From: an uncultured Clostridia bacterium | GTDB lineage: Bacteria > Bacillota > Clostridia > TANB77 > CAG-508 | Assembly: GCA_944390695.1 (NCBI GenBank) | Contig: CALXQP010000009.1 | Location: 1 to 63,061 of the forward strand | DNA length: 63,061 bases | Reading direction: 5' to 3' | Part shown: positions 20,946 through 28,706 of the stretch, piece by piece | How the letters are laid out: every line of letters starts with the position of its first letter | Numbering within the stretch: the first letter of the stretch is position 1 | Made by a program: the position numbers and the translations under genes | The notes under the pieces: model-generated | The model's database searches: none | Told to the model about the DNA's origin: nothing | The model's input: only the letters and a program-made list of their open reading frames with translations

Positions 20946-22574
20946 ATGGGGTACACAGCTCTTTATAGAAAATTTAGACCACAAACATTTGCGGAAATGG
21001 TAGGTCAGGAACATATAACAAAAACTTTAAAAAATCAAATAATGGCTAATAGAGTTGGACATGCATATTTATTTAATGGTGTAAGAGGAACAGGTAAAAC
21101 AACATCAGCAAAAGTATTAGCACGTGCAATAAATTGCTTAAATCCGCAAGATGGAGAGCCATGTAATGAGTGTGAAATTTGTAAAGCAGCGATAAATGGT
21201 TCATTAACAGATATAGTTGAAATGGATGCTGCATCAAATAATAGTGTTGAAGATATACGTTCAATTAGAGAAGAAGTGAATTTTTTGCCTACAAAGGCAA
21301 AATATAGAGTATATATAATTGATGAGGTTCATATGTTATCTCAAGGTGCTTTTAATGCACTTTTAAAAACATTAGAAGAACCACCTGAACATGTAAAATT
21401 TATTTTAGCAACAACAGAGCCACAAAAATTACCAGCAACAATACTTTCAAGATGTCAAAGATTTGATTTTAAAAGAATTTCTGACGAAGATATTATAAAA
21501 AGATTGCAAATTGTGTGTGATGAGAGTAATGTTAAAATAACTAAACAAGCTTTAAATATAATTGCAGCATTATCAGATGGAGCAATGAGAGATGCATTAT
21601 CGATTTTAGAAAGATGTGTGCAAGATGGAGTTAATGATATTGATGAAGATAAAATAAAAGAATTAGTTGGAATTCCTAAATTAACATATATTCATAGCAT
21701 TTCAAAAGCAATAATTGAATATAATATAGATGATGCAATGAATGCAATAACAGCTGTTTTAGAAGATGGAAAAGAATTAAATAATTTATTATGGGAAATT
21801 ATAAAATATATAAAAGATATATTAATGGTAAAAACAAACCAAAAATTAAATATATATAATGAAGCAGATTTTGCAGAGCTAAAGCAATTAGCTGATACAA
21901 TATCAAAAGAAAGAGCAATAAAACTTATAAATGAACTTTCAAAATTGGAAAATGATATGAAAAGTTCTACTCAAAGATCAATAGTTTTCCAAGCAGGAAT
22001 AATAAGTTTATGTGATAGAGAAATATCTTCTGAAAAATCAAATAATAATAGTAATGATGTCGAAGGAACAGGAAATAGCGAAATATTTGCAAGATTAGAA
22101 AAAATAGAGAATTATTTAAGATCAGGTGGAGGAATCCCTAAAAAGCAAAATTTAGCCACAAAAAAGGCAGATAATATTTCTACTAATAATGTAACAACTA
22201 GTAAGACTAGTGAAATTGCTGGTATTGGAAAAAATAAAAAAATTGCTCAATATTGGAATGATGTTGTCAATAATTTTAAGAAAAATGGAAAAATCATGTT
22301 ATATACAAATTTGCTTAATACAAATGCAGTTGAAATAAATGATATGACTGTAGGAATAGAATTCCCTAATGGTTTAACTCCATTTGGAAAGACTGTTTTA
22401 GAAAAACCAGAAAATAAAACAGAAATTACAAATCAGATTTCAATTGCTGCAGGAAAGACTATGAATATAAAATACATAGATTCAAAGCCAAATGAAGAAA
22501 CAGTACTTAATGAAGAACAAGAGCTTTCAAATTTTGCAAATGAGTTTGATATTCCATTTGATGTAATTGAATAA
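20946..22574 (+). CDS. dnaX: DNA polymerase III subunits gamma/tau
   Basis: Has the YRKFRPQTFAEMVGQEH start, Walker A GVRGTGKTT, zinc module CNECEIC, DEVHMLS and the SRC motif. The start was moved to ATG 20946 because the longer ORF overlaps the SRP RNA. Confidence 0.95.
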   Translation: MGYTALYRKFRPQTFAEMVGQEHITKTLKNQIMANRVGHAYLFNGVRGTGKTTSAKVLARAINCLNPQDGEPCNECEICKAAINGSLTDIVEMDAASNNSVEDIRSIREEVNFLPTKAKYRVYIIDEVHMLSQGAFNALLKTLEEPPEHVKFILATTEPQKLPATILSRCQRFDFKRISDEDIIKRLQIVCDESNVKITKQALNIIAALSDGAMRDALSILERCVQDGVNDIDEDKIKELVGIPKLTYIHSISKAIIEYNIDDAMNAITAVLEDGKELNNLLWEIIKYIKDILMVKTNQKLNIYNEADFAELKQLADTISKERAIKLINELSKLENDMKSSTQRSIVFQAGIISLCDREISSEKSNNNSNDVEGTGNSEIFARLEKIENYLRSGGGIPKKQNLATKKADNISTNNVTTSKTSEIAGIGKNKKIAQYWNDVVNNFKKNGKIMLYTNLLNTNAVEINDMTVGIEFPNGLTPFGKTVLEKPENKTEITNQISIAAGKTMNIKYIDSKPNEETVLNEEQELSNFANEFDIPFDVIE

Positions 22575-22598
22575 AATAATTTTAAGGAGGAAGTTAAA

Positions 22599-22940
22599 AT
22601 GTCAAAAAGAGGAGGATTCCCAGGAATGGGAGGATTTGGTGGAATGAACATCAATAATTTAATGAAAGAAGCTAAAAAAATGCAAGCAGATTTAGAAAAA
22701 TCTCAAACAGAACTTGCTGCAAAGGAATTTGAGGCATCAGCTGGAGGCGGAGCAGTAAATGTAAAAGTTAATGGTCAAAAACAAATACTAAATTTAGAAT
22801 TGAAAAAAGAAATAGTTGATCCAGATGATGTAGAAATGTTACAAGATTTAATTGTAACATGTTTGAATCAAGCTTTTAAACAAGTTGATGATGCACAAGC
22901 AGCATCAATGGGGAAATATAATATACCAGGATTAATGTAA
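22599..22940 (+). CDS. ybaB: Nucleoid-associated protein YbaB/EbfC
   Basis: 113 aa with the MNINNLMKEAKKMQ motif. Lies in the conserved dnaX-ybaB-recR order. Confidence 0.9.
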   Translation: MSKRGGFPGMGGFGGMNINNLMKEAKKMQADLEKSQTELAAKEFEASAGGGAVNVKVNGQKQILNLELKKEIVDPDDVEMLQDLIVTCLNQAFKQVDDAQAASMGKYNIPGLM

Positions 22941-22955
22941 TTTAAGGAGAACAAA

Positions 22956-23555
22956 ATGTCATATTATTCACCATCAATAGAAAAATTAATAGAAAGTTTT
23001 GAGAAATTACCAAGTATAGGAAATAAAACAGCTGCTAGGCTAGCATTTTATATTTTGAATTCATCAGAAGAAGAAACAAATGAATTTGTTTCTTCTATTA
23101 TAAATGCTAAAAAGAATTTAAAATATTGTAGCAAATGTTTTAATATTTCTGATACAGACCCTTGTACAATTTGCGGAAATCCAAAAAGAGATCAAACACA
23201 AATCTGTGTTGTTGAAGATGTTAGAGATATTATCGCAATGGAAAGGACACATGAATTTAAAGGTGTTTACCATGTTTTGCATGGTTCAATTTCTCCAATG
23301 AATGGAGTTGGACCTGATGATATAAAAATAAAGGAATTACTTGCTAGACTTATGGATGGGCAAGTTAAAGAGGTCATTCTTGCAACAAATCCTAGGGTTG
23401 AAGGTGAAGCGACTGCAATGTATTTATCTAAATTGATTAAGCCTTTGGGAATTAAAGTTACTAGAATTGCTCATGGTATTCCTGTCGGAGGAGATTTGGA
23501 ATATACTGATGAAATTACTCTTACTAAGGCATTGGAAGGCAGAAGAGAAATATAG
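22956..23555 (+). CDS. recR: Recombination protein RecR
   Basis: 199 aa with the [15 protein letters not shown] HhH, a C4 zinc finger (CSKC..CTIC) and a Toprim domain. Confidence 0.95.
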   Translation: MSYYSPSIEKLIESFEKLPSIGNKTAARLAFYILNSSEEETNEFVSSIINAKKNLKYCSKCFNISDTDPCTICGNPKRDQTQICVVEDVRDIIAMERTHEFKGVYHVLHGSISPMNGVGPDDIKIKELLARLMDGQVKEVILATNPRVEGEATAMYLSKLIKPLGIKVTRIAHGIPVGGDLEYTDEITLTKALEGRREI

Positions 23556-23557
23556 GG

Positions 23558-23766
23558 CAAATTGGTGCAAATTGGTGCCGGTTCTCTTTTTGCCTTTTGG
23601 GGTGTGGCTGGTGAGGGTAAATTGGTGTCGGTTCTCTTTTTTACATTTTGCTCTAAGCTGGCTAATCAAGCGGCATAAGGACAAAATGTAAAAAAGAGAA
23701 CCGGCACCAATTTACCCTCGCCAGCCATACCCAAAAGAGAAAAAGAAGAACCGGCACCAAATTAAC
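23558..23766. repeat. Two family-A repeat units in tail-to-tail inverted orientation (a ~210-bp palindrome)
   Basis: Half-sites AAATTGGTGCCGGTTCTCTTTTT (23569-23591, preceded by a truncated CAAATTGGTG at 23558-23567) and AAATTGGTGTCGGTTCTCTTTTTT (23619-23642) lie on the + strand. Their reverse complements are at 23690-23713 and 23741-23766. Confidence 0.9.
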
Positions 23767-23787
23767 AGAAAGGGTGATGCAACAAAA

Positions 23788-24321
23788 ATGAGAAAGAAAT
23801 TTACAAGCAAAACATATTTGCGTGGCGTTTCTGATTGGAACTTTGTTATGCAAAAGCAAAAATCAGAAAATTACTATCTAAGCATAAAAGAAATAATTGA
23901 AATTGATCAACCTTTTATTGTTAATATCTCAGGACAAAGTGTTGTATATATTGACAATGGGTACTATATAGTAGAGTTTACACCATTGGAACAGTTTTAC
24001 AATGCAAGAGTATTTCTTGATAGAAATGCAGAGGTGTTAGGATATTATTTTGATATAAGTCGTGGAAATGGTGTTGAGGAAAATATACCATATTATGATG
24101 ACTTGTATTTAGATATTATTCACTGTCCGGCAGATAATGGTTTTACAATAATTGATGATGAAGACGAATTATTGGAGGAATTAAATACTGGAAAAATAAC
24201 AAGGGAAGAATTCGATTTGGCAAACGAGGTTTGTTCTAAACTGTTTGAAGAAATTCTGGCAAATAAAAACATATTTGTTAAGATGGATAAGAAAGAATTG
24301 ATTCAAAGGTGGTTTAAATAA
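23788..24321 (+). CDS. DUF402-domain protein (nucleoside tri/diphosphatase-like)
   Basis: 177 aa. YYFDISRGNG...IPYYDDLYLDII resembles the DUF402 (YgaC/Ntdp-type) core. Confidence 0.65.
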   Translation: MRKKFTSKTYLRGVSDWNFVMQKQKSENYYLSIKEIIEIDQPFIVNISGQSVVYIDNGYYIVEFTPLEQFYNARVFLDRNAEVLGYYFDISRGNGVEENIPYYDDLYLDIIHCPADNGFTIIDDEDELLEELNTGKITREEFDLANEVCSKLFEEILANKNIFVKMDKKELIQRWFK

Positions 24322-24362
24322 AAATTCCGTTACTCCTTACAAATATGCTTTAAAAAATCAAA

Positions 24363-24776
24363 GTGAATACCGAATTTAGCGGTAAGATCATAAAGGGCTC
24401 AGAATTACATGCGATGTTTCAAAACGAGAATATTGAAATATTAGCTTACAATATAAATCCTAATATAATAAATGAATGGTGTGAAAAATATTATTCAGAT
24501 GAGATATTGAGGGAACAACAAGACATACTGTATCGAAGATTGTTAGAAAAATGTGATGAACATGGACTTGTATATGATGAAAAAAGAATAAAAAAGCCAA
24601 CAAAAGTATATGAATATGTGGAAAATCCAATTTATGAAGAGATAATTAAATATCATGAAAATCATACAATATTAGGAGAGTTCGCAAAATCATTTAATAT
24701 ATTTTTTAGAAAAGGACTATCAAATCTAGAAAGTAGTTATTTTATGAATTATTCAGAATTTATCATGGTAAAATAA
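24363..24776 (+). pseudogene. Remnant of a PHP-domain (TrpH/YciV-like) phosphoesterase gene, missing both N- and C-terminal metal-binding parts
   Basis: GSELHAMFQNENIEILAYNINPN.. matches the internal GxE(I/L)..(H)ILgY segment of PHP proteins. There is no DLHxH start, only a GTG pseudo-start, and the frame breaks at 24776. Confidence 0.45.
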
Positions 24777-24953
24777 AACCTGATATAGAGATTGGTATAG
24801 GTAGCGGAAATTTAAATATAGCAAAAGAAATAATAGAAGCCTGGTTATAAATATATTTATAATAATAATTAACATTTAATTAATAAGTTCATTGCGTCAT
24901 AAAAATATTAAAGCAAGAAAACTATTAATAAATAGAGGTTGATTTGAAATACA

Positions 24954-24992
24954 TTAAAAAAGCTGAGGAGAAAAACTTTTTAGTTTTTCTCC
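24954..24992 (-). terminator. Rho-independent terminator of the GT28 gene (distal to the repeat)
   Basis: On the - strand, GGAGAAAAAC-loop-GTTTTTCTCC is followed by TCAGCTTTTTT. Confidence 0.7.
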
Positions 24993-24998
24993 AATAGC

Positions 24999-25094
24999 AA
25001 AAAAAGAACCGGCACCAAATTAACAAAACAGCCCAAACTGAACAGCCAAGTGGCCCGGAACGAAAAAGGCGAAAAGGGAACCGGCACCAATTTG
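24999..25094 (-). repeat. Family-A composite repeat unit
   Basis: AAAAAAAGAACCGGCACCAAATTAAC is at 24999-25024 and GAAAAGGGAACCGGCACCAATTTG at 25071-25094. The spacer is homologous to the spacers at 11191-11236 and 34162-34207. Confidence 0.85.
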
Positions 25095-26219
25095 TTATTT
25101 TAAGAGAATTTTGCAAATATCTTTTGTAGAATTTTTTTTCGCGATAAGTCTAGCACGGATTTTCATTTCTTGCATTTTATCTGGATTAGAAAACAACTTA
25201 TGCAAAATTTCTTCTACATTATCATCTTTTTTTAACCAAATAGCAACTTTATTTTCTTCTAAATATGCAGCATTTTCTTCTTCTTGACCTGGTATAGGAT
25301 TAATTACTACAATTGGCAAGCCTGAAGCTAAGCTTTCAGTTGTTGTAAGACCACCTGGTTTAGTAACAACTAAATCTGATATACTCATTAATTGAGGAAT
25401 TTTATCAGTAAATTCTAGTATTTTTACATATTCTTGTTTCCCAAGCTCATTAACTAAGTTTTCAAAATTTTCTTTCATCTTTTGATTTTTCCCAGAAATA
25501 GCTACAATTTGAATATTTTCGTGACATTCAACAAAAGATTGAAAAATTCTAAGAGTTTGTGTTTTTCCTAAACCAAATTCTCCGCCTCCAAAGAAAAGTA
25601 CAGTTTTTCTATTAGGAGATAATCCGAAACTTTCTAAAATTTGTGATTTATCATATTTTAATAAAAATTTATTAGAAAGAGGAATACCTGTTGCAAAAAT
25701 TTTTTCTTTTGGAATACCTTTTTCATTCAATTTATTTTTCATTCCTTGATGAGAAACAAAATAATAATCTACATATTTGTTGAAAACAAGCCACTGGTCA
25801 TGTGGAGCATAATCTGTCATAACTGTTGCAATTTTTGCATCTAATTTTCCTAATTTTTTTAAATAGGCACACATTTGAGTTGCAAAAGGATGTGTGGAAA
25901 TTATGATATCTGGGTCAAAGTCTTTTAATAATTTGTTTAATTTAATTGATAAGACTTTGTTTGAAGTTGTACTTATTTTTGCAAGTGGCCCACTTTGTGA
26001 TTTCCAATAAACTTTTCCCCATGTTTTTGGCACTTTTTTTGCCATTTCTGAATATGCTTTTGTTGTTACTTTATTAACTAGTTTATTAACATATTCCATA
26101 CAATCAACTAATTTGACATTTACATCTTTATAATTTGTCTCAATATTTTCTTTTATAGAACGAGCAGCTGATAAGTGACCTCCACCATATGCTGCATAAA
26201 ATATCATTACTTTTTTCAT
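25095..26219 (-). CDS. Diacylglycerol glycosyltransferase (MGDG synthase/UgtP-like, GT28)
   Basis: 374 aa with the MIFYAAYGGGHLSAARSI N-terminal MGDG-synthase motif and the C-terminal GT-B motif KPGGLTTTESLASGLP. Confidence 0.85.
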   Translation of the reverse strand: MKKVMIFYAAYGGGHLSAARSIKENIETNYKDVNVKLVDCMEYVNKLVNKVTTKAYSEMAKKVPKTWGKVYWKSQSGPLAKISTTSNKVLSIKLNKLLKDFDPDIIISTHPFATQMCAYLKKLGKLDAKIATVMTDYAPHDQWLVFNKYVDYYFVSHQGMKNKLNEKGIPKEKIFATGIPLSNKFLLKYDKSQILESFGLSPNRKTVLFFGGGEFGLGKTQTLRIFQSFVECHENIQIVAISGKNQKMKENFENLVNELGKQEYVKILEFTDKIPQLMSISDLVVTKPGGLTTTESLASGLPIVVINPIPGQEEENAAYLEENKVAIWLKKDDNVEEILHKLFSNPDKMQEMKIRARLIAKKNSTKDICKILLK

Positions 26220-26238
26220 ATTGACTCCTTATTTTTTT

Positions 26239-26329
26239 AAAGCTACAATCGCTGGTCCTTTGAGATTTTCTACTTGTAGTTGAAAACTCAAGTCGGGCGA
26301 GAACAAATTAAAGAAAAACTTATTTGTCC
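26239..26329 (+). repeat. Family-D repeat, partial copy
   Basis: AAAGCTACAATCGCTGGTCCTTTGAGATTTTC..AAAACTCAAGTCGGGCGAGAACAAATTAAAG aligns with 61962-62040 and 62826-62895. Confidence 0.7.
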
Positions 26330-26473
26330 TATGGTAATAATTTTACCATAAATTAAAAGAAAATTGTATATTTTTTGCAAAAAATATGCAAAATAATAAA
26401 AAAGTAGGCAGGGTTATAAAAAATTAATTTTTTATAATCAGATTAATGCCGTGTGAAAGGAATGGAAAAAAAT

Positions 26474-27805
26474 ATGAAAAGAAGTAGAATTTGGACAATT
26501 GCTACAATAATTGCTTTAATAGTTGTAGCAATATTGGCTTATAATTTATTTAATCAAAAAAAGGTATATGCAACTACAAAGGAAAATGATTATAATATGG
26601 CATTTTATGAAGTTGTAGAATATGTTCAAAATGTGAAAACATATCTTGCAAAATCCATGGTATCAAAGTCAGCAGAACATGGTGCAGAAATGTTAACACA
26701 TGTATGGAGAGAGGCAAATCTTGCACAAGCTTATTTGGGTATGTTACCAATTGAAAGTCAGGAACTTGAAAATACAGAAAAATTTCTGAATCAGGTAAGT
26801 GAATATAGTTATACATTATCTAGAAAAAATATTGAGGGTAATTCTTTAACTGATGAAGATATTGATAAAATAAAAGAATTGTACAATTATAGTAATGATT
26901 TGGCAAATACTTTAAATGAGATGGCAGATGAATTAAATAATGGAATATTAACATGGCAAGATTTGATGAGAAATACAGAAGGGTCTGATATTGCAGAAAT
27001 CAGTACTTTTAATGTTGTTGAGGAAAATTTTCATGAATTTACAGGTTTAATTTATGATGGTGCTTTTTCAGAACATATAATAAGTAGTGAGAAAAAAGGA
27101 CTAATAGGTGATGATATAGATGAAGAGACTGCAAAAATTAAAGCAGAAGAATTTATTGGAAAAGATAAAATAAAGGAAACTAAAAATAATGGATTTGTTG
27201 AAAATGGTGATATTCCAGTTTATAGATTTGAAATGATCACACATGATGATAAAACAATAGGAATTTCAATTTCTAAAAAAGGTGGTCATGTTGTATTTTT
27301 AAATTATAATAGAGATGTTTTGGAACAAAAAATATCTGAACAAGATGCTATTCAAAAAGGTAAAGATTACTTGACGAGTAAAGGTTTTGAAAATATGCAA
27401 GAAACTTATTATTTAAAACAAGATGGTTTTATTACTATTAATTATGCATATAAGCAAAATGATGTTATTATATATTCTGATTTAATTAAAGTAAAAATTG
27501 CATTAGACGATGGCGAAATTATTGGATTGGAAAGTACTGGATATTTGAATTGCCATTATGAAAGACAAGTTCCGAAACCAAAAATTTCAATTGAAGAGGC
27601 GAGAAATAATCTAAATAGTAAAGCTCAAATTACTAGTGAAAGACTAGCAATAATTCCTACAGAATGGATGACAGAAAAGTTTTGCTATGAGTTTAAAGGA
27701 AAACTAGAAGATGTTGATTTTATTGCATATATTAATGCAGAGACTGGAGCTGAAGAAGATATTTTGATAGTAACTAATACTCCTGATGGAACTTTAACTG
27801 AATAG
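26474..27805 (+). CDS. ypeB: Germination protein YpeB (PepSY-domain)
   Basis: About 443 aa with an N-terminal TM segment. Conserved YpeB N-domain (NDYNMAFYEVVEYVQNV, EHGAEMLTHVWREANLAQ) and C-terminal PepSY-like repeats are present. Confidence 0.8.
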   Translation: MKRSRIWTIATIIALIVVAILAYNLFNQKKVYATTKENDYNMAFYEVVEYVQNVKTYLAKSMVSKSAEHGAEMLTHVWREANLAQAYLGMLPIESQELENTEKFLNQVSEYSYTLSRKNIEGNSLTDEDIDKIKELYNYSNDLANTLNEMADELNNGILTWQDLMRNTEGSDIAEISTFNVVEENFHEFTGLIYDGAFSEHIISSEKKGLIGDDIDEETAKIKAEEFIGKDKIKETKNNGFVENGDIPVYRFEMITHDDKTIGISISKKGGHVVFLNYNRDVLEQKISEQDAIQKGKDYLTSKGFENMQETYYLKQDGFITINYAYKQNDVIIYSDLIKVKIALDDGEIIGLESTGYLNCHYERQVPKPKISIEEARNNLNSKAQITSERLAIIPTEWMTEKFCYEFKGKLEDVDFIAYINAETGAEEDILIVTNTPDGTLTE

Positions 27806-27937
27806 AATTTATTAAAAAAATTGTGGCAAAAATTGAAAAAATAAAATTTCGAATTTTGTTAATAATATATTTGAAATAATTAATTAATTATTTCAAGCGG
27901 TCCGTAAAACAGATAAATTTGGAAAGGAGAGGCTATT

Positions 27938-28117
27938 ATGTCTAAAGGAAACAAATTAATATCTGAAAACTTACGAACAGAAATAGCAAAAGAATTAGGT
28001 GTTTATGATCAAGTAAAAAGAGATGGCGGAAGTTGGGAAAATGTATCATCTAAAACATGTGGAAGTATAGTTTCAAAAGCTATAGAAATTGCAAACAGAG
28101 CAGTGGAAAATCAATAG
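27938..28117 (+). CDS. Small acid-soluble spore protein, alpha/beta type (59 aa; below the ORF-track cutoff)
   Basis: Hand translation gives MSKGNKLISENLRTEIAKELGVYDQVKRDGGSWENVSSKTCGSIVSKAIEIANRAVENQ*. The EIAxELGV motif and the G-rich second helix region fit alpha/beta SASPs. A GGAAAGGAGAGG RBS and a strong downstream terminator are present. Confidence 0.75.
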   Translation: MSKGNKLISENLRTEIAKELGVYDQVKRDGGSWENVSSKTCGSIVSKAIEIANRAVENQ

Positions 28118-28148
28118 TTTTTAGATATGCAATGATAATTGATATTTT

Positions 28149-28192
28149 AATACCAGAATCTATGTATTGTAGATTTTGGTATTTTTCTTTTT
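28149..28192 (+). terminator. Rho-independent terminator after the SASP gene
   Basis: 13-bp stem ATACCAGAATCTA/TAGATTTTGGTAT followed by TTTTTCTTTTTT. Confidence 0.75.
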
Positions 28193-28231
28193 TGATTTAA
28201 ATAAAGTTTTAATATTTTTATGAAGTCAATT

Positions 28232-28608
28232 CAAACTTCCAAAGTTATAACTTTCACGCCCAAAATACTTGCTATTCATTACGTAAAAAAGAGAATTTAA
28301 TCTAAAAAACGAGTTTCTTTCGGAGTTTGCCATAATCTTTATATATTTTTGAATAAATTTCTCGGCTACCCGCCGTAACGTTAACAAATTCTAATGCAAA
28401 AGGCACAACTATACCCGAAGACAGGACCCTTTATGCCTTTTGCTTAAGAATTTGTAACACTACTCTGGTCACACTCGTAATTTATTTAAAATATATAAAG
28501 ATTATGGAAAATTGCTAAATATTCCTCTATTTTTGAGTAATATTTTCTACTTTTTACTCCAATAAAACACATGGATTTTGGAGTGAGAGTTATAGCTTGG
28601 GAAACTTG
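28232..28608. repeat. ~377-bp nested foldback palindrome containing the ~125-nt core element (core 28355-28480)
   Basis: The structure is symmetric about 28420. Arms 28232-28259 and 28581-28608 match 22/28 as inverted repeats, and arms 28330-28359 and 28478-28506 are also inverted repeats. The central hairpin is at 28380-28458. The core recurs reverse-complemented at 43657-43782. Confidence 0.8.
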
Positions 28609-28706
28609 AGAGGGTTTCAAAAAAATACCAAAATTTAAATGATTTTATTCTTGCCAAAAATAAAAAATTAGAATATAATAAGAAAAATTCATTTTGGGGG
28701 TAAAGT

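Noticed and set aside
20730-21014. 94-aa ORF on the - strand, and the N-terminal extension of the dnaX ORF (20871-20945).
   Set aside because: Both overlap the SRP RNA gene (conserved GTCAGGTCCGGAAGGAAGCAGC motif and closing helix). dnaX has a proper RBS and the canonical MGYTALYRKFRP start at 20946.
22139-22150. CCT AAA AAG in dnaX as a possible gamma/tau -1 frameshift site, as in E. coli.
   Set aside because: It lacks the full A AAA AAG heptamer and there is no obvious downstream stem-loop. Programmed dnaX frameshifting is not established for Firmicutes.
23424-23859. Track ORFs 23424-23684 (-), 23467-23691 (+) and 23662-23859 (-), and 24925-25116 (-) at the next locus, encoding odd hydrophobic or Cys/Trp-rich peptides (..NWCRFSFLHF..).
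   Set aside because: They lie entirely on the family-A repeat palindromes and have no RBS. The same peptide strings arise wherever the repeat occurs in either orientation, so they are translation artefacts of repeat DNA.
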